From contig JABGZB010000090.1 in the NCBI GenBank assembly GCA_018674955.1, positions 1 through 61,607 on the forward strand: DNA of 61,607 bases, read 5' to 3'. Every line of letters begins with the position of its first letter. Positions within the stretch are counted from its first letter, which is position 1. Source of the DNA: Verrucomicrobiota bacterium (lineage in GTDB: Bacteria > Verrucomicrobiota > Verrucomicrobiia > Limisphaerales > UBA1096). The notes under the pieces are model-generated. The model was not told the origin of the DNA, made no database searches, and worked only from the letters and a program-made list of their open reading frames with translations. The position numbers and the translations under genes were made by a program. Shown piece by piece: positions 1 to 8,067 of the stretch.

Positions 1-2
1 AT

Positions 3-88
3 GCGCTCGTGATGGAATTGGTAGACATGAAACCTAGAGGTGGTTGTGCTCAAAAGGCGTAAAGGTTCGAGTCCTTTCGAGCGCACCA
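3..88 (+). tRNA. tRNA-Leu (class II, long variable arm), apparent anticodon GAG
   Basis: The acceptor stem is GCGCTCG/CGAGCGC (7 bp). The D-loop is AATTGGTAGA, the variable arm is long, the T-arm is AAAGG-TTCGAGT-CCTTT, and CCA is encoded. The anticodon stem is AACC/GGTT with loop TAGAGGT, so positions 34-36 read GAG and 37 is G. Position 33 reads A instead of the near-universal U. Confidence 0.8.
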
Positions 89-401
89 TACTAAGCTTCA
101 ATGACTTAGGATTTCAGGGAGTCAAAGTTACACCAAAAGTTACACAATTTTCAACGATGTCAGGGATGTTTATTAGTGTTTCAGAGGACGTTACATATCT
201 ATTTTTTATTAGTCAAGTACGGAGTAAGCATCCCACCCCGGAAATGGATCTCATTCATGACTATGACCTTCTCTGAAAAAATGACTTCTCAAACAACTGG
301 ATAATTAACGACCCTCGCCAGCCGGACGAGGATGTTGGGCTGAAGAAACCGAGTGAGGACAAGTCACTGGCTACCCCACGGCATCCTGTAGCTAAATCAA
401 T

Positions 402-809
402 TCAAGTCTGATTGATCGGTTTCTCCTGTTGTAGCCACTGAACAAACTCCAGCACATTGCCGTCCGGGTCTGCGGCGTACAGCCAGCGAACCATCCCGGG
501 GATCTCCATCGGCCCCTTCAGGAGAATCACTTGTTTTCCACGCAGATCCTGCTCGGTGGCGTGAATGTCATTAGACGCAAATGCCATGTGCGGACAAAAC
601 GAGTGATCATCGGCGGCGCGGCTCTTGGGCAAACGCAGCGACTGGAGTAACTCGAGGCGCGCCCCCTTCATCTCGAGATAGGCGAAGGCTTCACCGTGGG
701 CCTCGTCCACTTTTTTGAACAGAAATTTCAGCCCGATTTTCTGCTCATAAAAGTCTATAGCAGCGTCAAGGTTCGACACCCCAACGGCAATATGGTCGAG
801 CTTGATCAT
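402..809 (-). CDS. VOC/glyoxalase-bleomycin resistance family protein
   Basis: The translation MIKLDHIAVGVSNLDAAIDFYEQKIGLKF is a typical VOC N-terminus. I chose the internal ATG at 809 over the ORF-track start at 836. Confidence 0.7.
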   Translation of the reverse strand: MIKLDHIAVGVSNLDAAIDFYEQKIGLKFLFKKVDEAHGEAFAYLEMKGARLELLQSLRLPKSRAADDHSFCPHMAFASNDIHATEQDLRGKQVILLKGPMEIPGMVRWLYAADPDGNVLEFVQWLQQEKPINQT

Positions 810-938
810 AACAACCCAATGAGACGGGAATGCCAATTCACCGTCAAGCGGTCAGAAAAAAAATGTCGATTTAACTCTTGCCGCCGAACAACAACCATGC
901 GGCGTTCAAGTGGTGGAGCGGGTTGGTTTAGTTGCTAG

Positions 939-986
939 CAGCTTCCAGTTCCTTCTTGGTCCTGCCGCTGTGTTTGCGGAGGAGGT
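939..986 (-). repeat. Diverged copy of the junction repeat (encodes ...LLRKHSGRTKKELEAASN-stop on the minus strand)
   Basis: About 36/48 nt match the copy at 4962-5004, and the encoded peptide is similar. It lies between the Gfo/Idh/MocA stop (1062) and the VOC start (809). Confidence 0.45.
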
Positions 987-1061
987 TGACGGTTAAACCG
1001 CAATGCTTAAGGATGATCACTTTGTCTAAAAGTTTTCTTTCTGCACTCTAGACTAAATAGA

Positions 1062-2393
1062 CTAAAGCGCCCATCCCTGACGATATTCACGCTGGACAAA
1101 ACGGTTTGCTGATTTGTTGTTGGTAACTCGCATGTTGGGACCATCCCAAAGAAGAAGTCCTTCGGTACGAATGGCTAAATTACCCAATAAAACCACCTCG
1201 GTCAAGGGGCCGGAATAATCGAAGTGAGAACAGGCCTTTTCACCCCCCTTACATGCATCCACCCAATTCTGTTCATGTGAACCCTTGACACGAGTAAGTG
1301 TTTTATCCGGTTGCTGGAAGTCACGCATACGCGATAATGGTAGCAAGGTTGGCATACCGCCGTGGGATTTATGCATGATCTTACCTTTGCTCCCAACGTA
1401 TAGCACTCCATCGACCGGCCACTCCTCTTCCGGTTCAAGTTCTTCGGGACGCGGTGGTTTGATGCCTCCATCGTACCATATCATTTTTACAGGAGGGAGC
1501 GTTCCTCGAGACGGGAAGTGGTAGGTAACCAAAGAAGCTAGAGGAGCTGTTTCAGCATGAATATGGGTGCTACTAGCTTCAATACTTTTAGGATAACCCA
1601 GTTTGAGAGCCCAATAGGGATGATCGATAATATGACACCCCATGTCTCCCAAGGCGCCAGTGCCGAAGTCCCACCAACCTCGCCAATTAAAAGGGACATA
1701 ATCTGGGCTGTAATCACGATATGGAGCAGGACCTATCCAAAGATCCCAATCCAGAGTCTCGGGAACGGACTGTTTTCTTTTAGGTCGCTGCGCCACTCCC
1801 TGAGGCCAATATAATTTCCTTTCAAACCGCGTGCCGCGTAGAGGTCGATCACTCCAGCAGTGCACTTCACGCACTTCCCCAATAACTCCAGCCCGAATCC
1901 ATTCCACTGTAAGTCTCGAACCCTCTGAAGAGTGCCCCTGATTGCCCATCTGAGTCGCCACTCGATACTGACGAGCGGCTTCGTCCAATTGGCGGGCCTC
2001 CCAGATGCTGTGAGTCAGCGGCTTCTGTGTGTAGACATGTTTTCCTCTACGTATGGCTTCCATTGAGGCAACAGCGTGCGTGTGGTCGGGAGTAGCCACA
2101 ATCACCGCGTCGATCTCTTTCTCCATCTTGTCAAACATTACCCGAAAATCCTTAAACCTTCTGGCTTTAGGGAATTTTTGAAAAGTCTTGGCACCCCGCT
2201 TAAAGTCTACATCACACAGGGCCACAATATTTTCATTGGAGCACTTTTGTATATTCCCTGATCCCATGCCTCCAACGCCAATCGCCGCAATGTTGAGTTT
2301 ATTGTTCGCTGATGTTGCCTGGATTCTGGATAGAGTGAGACCCGAAATTCCGATTGCTGTACCAGTCTGATGCATGAACCGGCGTCGATTCAT
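1062..2393 (-). CDS. Gfo/Idh/MocA family oxidoreductase with TAT signal
   Basis: MNRRRFMHQTGTAIGISG is a twin-arginine leader. GVGGMGSGN is a Rossmann motif, and ATPDHTHA is the family motif. Confidence 0.85.
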   Translation of the reverse strand: MNRRRFMHQTGTAIGISGLTLSRIQATSANNKLNIAAIGVGGMGSGNIQKCSNENIVALCDVDFKRGAKTFQKFPKARRFKDFRVMFDKMEKEIDAVIVATPDHTHAVASMEAIRRGKHVYTQKPLTHSIWEARQLDEAARQYRVATQMGNQGHSSEGSRLTVEWIRAGVIGEVREVHCWSDRPLRGTRFERKLYWPQGVAQRPKRKQSVPETLDWDLWIGPAPYRDYSPDYVPFNWRGWWDFGTGALGDMGCHIIDHPYWALKLGYPKSIEASSTHIHAETAPLASLVTYHFPSRGTLPPVKMIWYDGGIKPPRPEELEPEEEWPVDGVLYVGSKGKIMHKSHGGMPTLLPLSRMRDFQQPDKTLTRVKGSHEQNWVDACKGGEKACSHFDYSGPLTEVVLLGNLAIRTEGLLLWDGPNMRVTNNKSANRFVQREYRQGWAL

Positions 2394-2534
2394 GACGGTC
2401 TGAAATTGAGGGTAGGAATGCATTTTCCAGAAATCTGCCGAGGCGATCTGTTATTTACACGAAATTAAGGTGTGAACCTAGAAAATCTTTCTAATCGAAT
2501 GATCTGGAATCAAAAACTTGGGCCGCTATTTCCC

Positions 2535-2576
2535 TTCAGCTTTGAATTCTTCACCCGTCTTGCCGCCGTGTTTGCC
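2535..2576 (-). repeat. Junction repeat copy (encodes KHGGKTGEEFKAEGK-stop on the minus strand)
   Basis: The sequence ttcagctttgaattcttcacccgtcttgccgccgtgtttgcc starts 3 nt after the esterase stop codon. Its 32-nt core has 1 mismatch to the copies at 3484 and 4962. Confidence 0.7.
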
Positions 2577-2578
2577 TG

Positions 2579-3478
2579 TTATTTGTCAAAGTGTAACCAA
2601 CCGCTTGAGCGTAACCAATCTTCCAAGCGTGCAGGCCATGAGGAGACCGGATTCTTACTTGGCCGCAAACCATAGCCATGCCCCCCCTTGGCGTAGATGT
2701 GCAACTCTGCACCCACGTTGTGACGTTTAAGCTCGGAATAATAAAGAGCAGCAAAAATTGCCCGGTCAGAATCGTCATGGGTAATGGCAATAAATGTTGG
2801 AGCCGTCTTGGCATTGACCTTCACCAGCGGATCAAGCGTTGATGAATCCCTTTTCGCATTCCCGAGATAGGCCGGATAGATCAGCGCCATGAAGTTGGGG
2901 TGCATACCGAGCTTATCAATTCCATCAATCGGTTTATAGGAATCAACATCCTGATAGGAGGTGGACATGACAGCGAGGTGCCCCCCTGCGCTGAAACCCA
3001 TTACGCCAATCCTCTTGGGATCAATATTCCATTCGTTAGCATTGGAGCGAACCAGTCGGATCGAACGTTGTAAATCCTGTAAGGGCCAAGGGTGCGGCTT
3101 CTTGTTGTCCCGACGTGGCACACGGTATTTTAGTACTACCGCATCAATGCCAAGACTATTGAGCCAAGCCGCGACCTCAGTGCCTTCCTTGTTCCATGCG
3201 AGCTTTCCATAGCCTCCACCCGGACAAATGATGACAGAGGTTCCCGCAGACTTACTTTTTGTTACTGGAAAATGCAGAAGCTCTGGAGTGTCCACATAGG
3301 GAATTCGAATGACATTATCAGAGCCAGTAACAGCCTCAGCCTTCTTTTGAGCAATCCATGCCGGTTCATCAGGTGCTTTACCCGGCCAGACAAGAATGGG
3401 CTCATCTGGTTCAGCAGCCTGGTAGCAATCGATATGAATCAAGAGCGCACTAAGGACTAGGATTAGTATGTGTTTCAT
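2579..3478 (-). CDS. alpha/beta hydrolase (esterase/lipase-like), secreted
   Basis: There is a signal peptide, a PGGGY oxyanion-type motif and a GFSAGGH nucleophile elbow. Confidence 0.8.
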   Translation of the reverse strand: MKHILILVLSALLIHIDCYQAAEPDEPILVWPGKAPDEPAWIAQKKAEAVTGSDNVIRIPYVDTPELLHFPVTKSKSAGTSVIICPGGGYGKLAWNKEGTEVAAWLNSLGIDAVVLKYRVPRRDNKKPHPWPLQDLQRSIRLVRSNANEWNIDPKRIGVMGFSAGGHLAVMSTSYQDVDSYKPIDGIDKLGMHPNFMALIYPAYLGNAKRDSSTLDPLVKVNAKTAPTFIAITHDDSDRAIFAALYYSELKRHNVGAELHIYAKGGHGYGLRPSKNPVSSWPARLEDWLRSSGWLHFDK

Positions 3479-3483
3479 TTGCC

Positions 3484-3515
3484 TTCAGCTTTCAATTCTT
3501 CACCCGTCTTGCCGC
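3484..3515 (-). repeat. Junction repeat copy (encodes GKTGEELKAEGK-stop; its TGA overlaps the esterase ATG)
   Basis: The 32-nt core ttcagctttcaattcttcacccgtcttgccgc is identical to 4962-4993. It fills the 50-nt spacer between two genes. Confidence 0.7.
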
Positions 3516-3528
3516 AGGTCATCGAGTT

Positions 3529-4794
3529 CTACCGCTGCGCCTCGATGCGATACAAATGGCCGCCCGTGCGCATGATGAAAGCATCGCCATCGACGGCGGG
3601 CGTCGCCATGAACGGCTGCTTAGCCAGAGCATTACTGGCGATGACCTCAAGTTTGCGAGTTGGCCGGATGATTGTGGCAAGCCCTTCCTCGTTAAACAGG
3701 TAAATTCGCCCCTCTGCGTAGATGGGCGACGCCGAGTACGCGCCCTTCATACGTTCCTTCCAGACGACCTTTCCGGTTCTCGCCTCAAGGCAGGTCGCGA
3801 TGCCGCCGCGGTTCACGACAAACAACAAGTCATCTACCAGCAACGGCGAACAACGTTGCGGCATGCTGCGGATTGACTTCCATTGAATGTGTGAGTCGGT
3901 CACATCGCCGTTTCCATCGAGACGAATAGCCCATAGCTCCGGCCGATCGCGATCCACTGTGGCAAACACCATCCCGTGACCGGACACCGGACGCGGTGCC
4001 ACCGACCAGCCTCGATGCCGCACGTGCCACAGTTCCTTGCCGGTTTCCGGGTCGTAGGCGTACAGGCCGCGTCCTGCTGGGCTGACAAGCTGTGTGCCCT
4101 CACCGCGCGGCGCCAACGCCGGCATGCAGTACGCCTTGCGATGATTGATGGGAAATGTGGAATACTCGAGGGACCGCGGTGTTTTCCAGACCGTCTTCCC
4201 GGTGACCTTGTCGAGAGCGATGATGTACTGCACGTCACGCCCGTCCACATGCACCACCAAATTGCCATCAACGAGAGTCGGCGAACTGGCCGGCCCAGCG
4301 CCCGCCTCGTGGTCGCAGTTTAAGTCGCGCCGAGTCCACAACACCCTGCCAGTGGCAGTGTCCAGACAGGCCGTGCCGTAGGTTCCAAAATGAAGAATCA
4401 CCCGGCCCTCACTGATCACCGGCGTAGGCGTCGCGTAGGTGTTGTCCTTCGTGATCCGCATCGGCTTGGCCACGTCGAACAAATGCAGATCGTGAAGAAT
4501 CTTCCCGTTGTCCTTGTCCACGCAAATCGCGAACAGCTTACGGCCTTTGGCCGTTGCCGTGGTCAACCATACCTGACTACCCCAGATCACCGGTGACGAC
4601 CAACCTCGATTGTGAATGGCCGTTTTCCAAGTCACATTCTGCGACTCCGACCACCTCAGAGGCAGGCCGGTGGACTTCGTGTGCCCGTCGCCGCTTGGCC
4701 CACGGAACTGCCACCAATTTTCCTCGGCAGAAACTGGTGTAAGCACAAGGAACAAAAACGCGAAACAAGCCAACCGCTTGGCCAAGCTTTGCAT
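3529..4794 (-). CDS. PQQ-like beta-propeller repeat protein, secreted
   Basis: MQSLAKRLACFAFLFLVLTPVSA is a signal peptide. Repeated W-x-motifs are typical of PQQ/BamB-like propellers. I chose the internal ATG at 4794. Confidence 0.75.
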   Translation of the reverse strand: MQSLAKRLACFAFLFLVLTPVSAEENWWQFRGPSGDGHTKSTGLPLRWSESQNVTWKTAIHNRGWSSPVIWGSQVWLTTATAKGRKLFAICVDKDNGKILHDLHLFDVAKPMRITKDNTYATPTPVISEGRVILHFGTYGTACLDTATGRVLWTRRDLNCDHEAGAGPASSPTLVDGNLVVHVDGRDVQYIIALDKVTGKTVWKTPRSLEYSTFPINHRKAYCMPALAPRGEGTQLVSPAGRGLYAYDPETGKELWHVRHRGWSVAPRPVSGHGMVFATVDRDRPELWAIRLDGNGDVTDSHIQWKSIRSMPQRCSPLLVDDLLFVVNRGGIATCLEARTGKVVWKERMKGAYSASPIYAEGRIYLFNEEGLATIIRPTRKLEVIASNALAKQPFMATPAVDGDAFIMRTGGHLYRIEAQR

Positions 4795-4820
4795 GGTTGC
4801 CGGAAAAACAAATGAGGCTT

Positions 4821-4961
4821 TCACGTTGCAGTCAATTTGGAGGGAGAGAGGCCCTCTCGGCGGGCGCGAGTGCAGGTAACAGCATATTTGCCAAAATGGC
4901 AATGGACGATCACCACCAGTAACTCAATGAGCGTGAATGCCCGTCTTAATTGAGCTTTCAT
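4821..4961 (-). pseudogene. Truncated prepilin-type N-terminal methylation-domain gene fragment
   Basis: [18 protein letters not shown] is a class III signal/methylation motif. It runs straight into unrelated sequence (VHCHFGKY...) instead of the conserved [13 protein letters not shown] seen in the intact paralogs at 11947 and 12736. It is fused in frame to the junction repeat upstream. Confidence 0.45.
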
Positions 4962-5004
4962 TTCAGCTTTCAATTCTTCACCCGTCTTGCCGCCATGTTT
5001 GCGG
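4962..5004 (-). repeat. Junction repeat copy (encodes ...ADFLRKHGGKTGEELKAE)
   Basis: The sequence is ttcagctttcaattcttcacccgtcttgccgccatgtttgcgg. This is the longest copy. Confidence 0.7.
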
Positions 5005-5108
5005 AGGAAGTCGGCGATCGTTGTGGTTAGGACTGCTTTTCGTAATAAAATGTTTTGCATTTTCTCGCGGGTCTCCTCTTGGTTTTGTCTGGACGGACTT
5101 GCGAAGAA

Positions 5109-7712
5109 TCAGCGCTCAGCCTTGGCATAGACATCGAGCTGATGGATCGACCAGTGCTTGCCATCCGCCATCCCAATCTGGTTAATGCGGACAAAACGCG
5201 TCTTTGTTGCCGGGAGCAGGATGTCGGTGACGGGTGAATTTCCTTTCTGAGGACTGACCACCTGCTTCCATTGCTCGCCATCATCGGAAACTTCCAGCGT
5301 GTAGCGGCGCGGATAATCGGCGGGTGAACCCTCGCAGCGCAACGTGATCCCGGTGAGTTCGCGAGACTCCTTCATATCAAAGGAGAACCACATGCCCTTC
5401 CGCTGCGCACGACCAGTGTCCCATCGTGTTCTCGGATTGTTATCGATGGCCTGATCGCATCCTTTGCTCTGGTGACTGGCGGTCAGTTCCCACTTTGCCA
5501 TCTCGGCTGCAGGAATCGGAGCCATGGCCAAGATCTCTGATGACAGGAACATTTCCTTGCGATCGGCGATGGCTGCACGAACCGCTGCGACGTCATCCTT
5601 ACTGACGGACTTGCCCTTGTTTCCCCATGCACTGCGTACATAGGTCAGCACCGAGCCCAGCCATTCATCATCATAGGATTCGAGCGGCAACATTGGGCCA
5701 GGATACGACTTGCCATCCAGCTCGCCATGCATCCCTTTGAGCAGGATCTTGATGGGGATGGTTTTCCGTCCGAGAACGCGAGGCGAACCCACGAGTGGGG
5801 CTCCGAGCATTACTCCATCCAAACCGGGAGCGGAAGTGCCTTTGCCGTTCGCTCCGTGGCAGGCAACGCAAACGGTCTGGAAATTCACCTCACCCTGGGC
5901 CGCGAATTTGCTCTTCTCCTGACGGCGTTTGGCATCGACCATCCGGGCATGCCCGATCTCGGTGATGCGGCTCATTGCTTCGCTATCGGGATGGCCCGCA
6001 TTGGCTGCCTCCACCAATTCATCGCCGCCTTCGACTCCCGTGTAGGCCATCGACAACACGACTTGAATCGCGACATCGATGTCGGCATCAGAAGCAAGCG
6101 GTTTGATTGCAGTGAGCAATGCTGTATTCCTCTTCAGCAGTTCGGGTTCGCAAAGTCGTACCACCGCCGCACGGACACGGGCATCTGTGTCTCGCATTTT
6201 TTTAACGATCAGATCTGTATCGAAAACTCCGAGTCCCTCCAGCGTCCACAACGCATGTAGCCTGCCTAACGGGCTCCCGCCACTCTCGGCCAGGCTTTTG
6301 AGCGCAGGAACAGCACCCCTATCCTGACGCACGACGATCAACTTCTGAGCCATGTCCCGCCACCAGCCATTCGGGTGAGAAAGCGTGTCGACCAGTTCTG
6401 AGGTCGGCGCCTTGAGCATCTGTGGTTTCTTTCGGCGCTCGATTGATTCATGGACGATGCGATAGATCCGTCCGCGCTGAATGTTCTTATCCAGCCCGTA
6501 GTTTTCGACGATCGGCCGAAGGTACGAACCGGGGCGCACCCAGTTGCCCTCCTGAATGATCCCGCGGTACATGTCACAAAGGTAAAGGCACCCGTCCGGC
6601 CCCGTCTTGGCATTGACGGGCCGAAAGTTGGCATCGCGGCTGCGCAGGAATTCTGTGCCTGGCGTGGCATTGTGCACTACCAATTTACCATTCTCATTCA
6701 CAACCTTTGCACGACGCACCAGCCGCCCGACCGGTTCTGGAATGATGTAGTCGCCGTAGAAATCTTCGGGCAGGCGATCGCCACGAAAAATGTGCTGACC
6801 TGCGCAGCCGGTGAAATTATTGAGCGTCAGACTGTCGGCACGGAATCGTCCCTTGCCACCCTGCACGTCGGGAATCTGTACTAGCGGGAACACTTCGCGA
6901 AAACCATTCACCTGCTCACCGGGGAGAGAAATTTTGCCGTAGACGAGCGGTCGTTGAAAATGCATTGCCGGGTTCTCCCCACCTGCCGTGCAGAAAAAAT
7001 TGCGCCCGACGTCATCATGCGTCACGCCCCATTGACCAGAACCACCGGGAATATCTTCAGCGATCACCTTGTCCCCTGCCCAGCGGTAACGCTTGGCGGT
7101 GTAGGTCACATACATCCAGTTGTCGATGTTCCACTCGAGTCCACTGGGCTGGTGCTCAAGGTTACCCCCGCGCTTGCCCCCTTCGTAGACCAGTTTCTTC
7201 TCATCGGCGATGCCATCGCCGTCCGTGTCTCGATAGCTGTGCAGGTCAAAGGTATCCGTTTCACGAATCAATACCCGATCATCAATCGGCTGGATCATTC
7301 GCGGCAGCTTCAACCCATCCACGAACACCGAGCGTTTGTCCATGCGGCCGTCGTCATCGGTATCCTCAAGGAGCACAACACGACAGATCGGGTTGTGCTG
7401 GTTCTTGCCATCGATTTCCTGCATGTAGGTGTTCAACTCCGCCACGTAGAGTTTTCCATCGCCATCGAATGCAATCGCTGCTGGTTCCTGCACCATCGGT
7501 TCAGCGGCCACAAGCTCGACGCGATAGCCCTCCTGGAGCTCCATCATCGCCATGCTTTCTTCCGGCGAATAGGTGCGGGCTTTGGTATCATAGAGCTTCT
7601 GATCGAAGGGTTCTGCAAGAAGCACATTGCCTGAAAACAAGGCAAGACCGATCCAAGTGAGAGGCCGTAAACTACGGAAACAGGAGAATTGGGGAAACAG
7701 GCAGTGCATCAT
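5109..7712 (-). CDS. PVC-type heme-binding / membrane-bound dehydrogenase-like protein with HEAT repeats, cytochrome c motif and C-terminal F5/8 type C (discoidin) domain
   Basis: CVACHG is a CxxCH heme site. The N-terminal region resembles a dehydrogenase-like beta-propeller. The C-terminus NNPRTRWDTG...YTLEVSDDGEQW is discoidin-like. Confidence 0.8.
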   Translation of the reverse strand: MMHCLFPQFSCFRSLRPLTWIGLALFSGNVLLAEPFDQKLYDTKARTYSPEESMAMMELQEGYRVELVAAEPMVQEPAAIAFDGDGKLYVAELNTYMQEIDGKNQHNPICRVVLLEDTDDDGRMDKRSVFVDGLKLPRMIQPIDDRVLIRETDTFDLHSYRDTDGDGIADEKKLVYEGGKRGGNLEHQPSGLEWNIDNWMYVTYTAKRYRWAGDKVIAEDIPGGSGQWGVTHDDVGRNFFCTAGGENPAMHFQRPLVYGKISLPGEQVNGFREVFPLVQIPDVQGGKGRFRADSLTLNNFTGCAGQHIFRGDRLPEDFYGDYIIPEPVGRLVRRAKVVNENGKLVVHNATPGTEFLRSRDANFRPVNAKTGPDGCLYLCDMYRGIIQEGNWVRPGSYLRPIVENYGLDKNIQRGRIYRIVHESIERRKKPQMLKAPTSELVDTLSHPNGWWRDMAQKLIVVRQDRGAVPALKSLAESGGSPLGRLHALWTLEGLGVFDTDLIVKKMRDTDARVRAAVVRLCEPELLKRNTALLTAIKPLASDADIDVAIQVVLSMAYTGVEGGDELVEAANAGHPDSEAMSRITEIGHARMVDAKRRQEKSKFAAQGEVNFQTVCVACHGANGKGTSAPGLDGVMLGAPLVGSPRVLGRKTIPIKILLKGMHGELDGKSYPGPMLPLESYDDEWLGSVLTYVRSAWGNKGKSVSKDDVAAVRAAIADRKEMFLSSEILAMAPIPAAEMAKWELTASHQSKGCDQAIDNNPRTRWDTGRAQRKGMWFSFDMKESRELTGITLRCEGSPADYPRRYTLEVSDDGEQWKQVVSPQKGNSPVTDILLPATKTRFVRINQIGMADGKHWSIHQLDVYAKAER

Positions 7713-7732
7713 AAGATATATACGGAATTTAT

Positions 7733-7951
7733 TTAATAAAAATTAGTAGTCGCCATCTTCCACACGTCCACGCTGTCTACTTTAATCTGCTCATCTCCAC
7801 TAAAGATTTTCACCTCATTACTATTTTCAGTTTCAGGATAAACAACTTGAGTCATACACTGTCTTCCGTTGACAAATACTTCAATAATAGCCTTATCAAT
7901 GAAAATATTTAATTGCAGTGTTTCGCCCTTCTTTAACTCAAAAGGAGCTCT
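7733..7951 (-). pseudogene. Start-less remnant of a glycoside hydrolase C-terminal beta-sandwich (GH32-like)
   Basis: The minus-strand open frame has no start codon. It reads APFELKKGETLQLNIFIDKAIIEVFVNGRQCMTQVVYPETENSNEVKIFSGDEQIKVDSVDVWKMATTNFY-stop. The L-x-I-F-x-D-x-x-x-x-E-V-F-x-N-x-G pattern is typical of GH32 C-terminal domains. It lies in an AT-rich 355-bp gap between two genes. Confidence 0.45.
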
Positions 7952-8067
7952 CTATTCTGACACCTTTTCTCTAAATCCTAGTTTTCCGAGATCGGCGGTC
8001 TGGCCCATTAAGACAGATCGCATTTTGCCTGTCGATCTCTCCGCCGAAGCAGCCGAGTTCGGAACCC

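Noticed and set aside
40-400. Search for an integrase or its remnant next to the tRNA-Leu, including ORF 40-276 and the direct 8-mer pair AGTTACAC-n4-AGTTACAC at about 128-147.
   Set aside because: No tyrosine- or serine-recombinase motif appears in any frame. ORF 40-276 starts inside the tRNA and has no recognisable features. The 8-mer pair alone is too weak to call an arm-type site.
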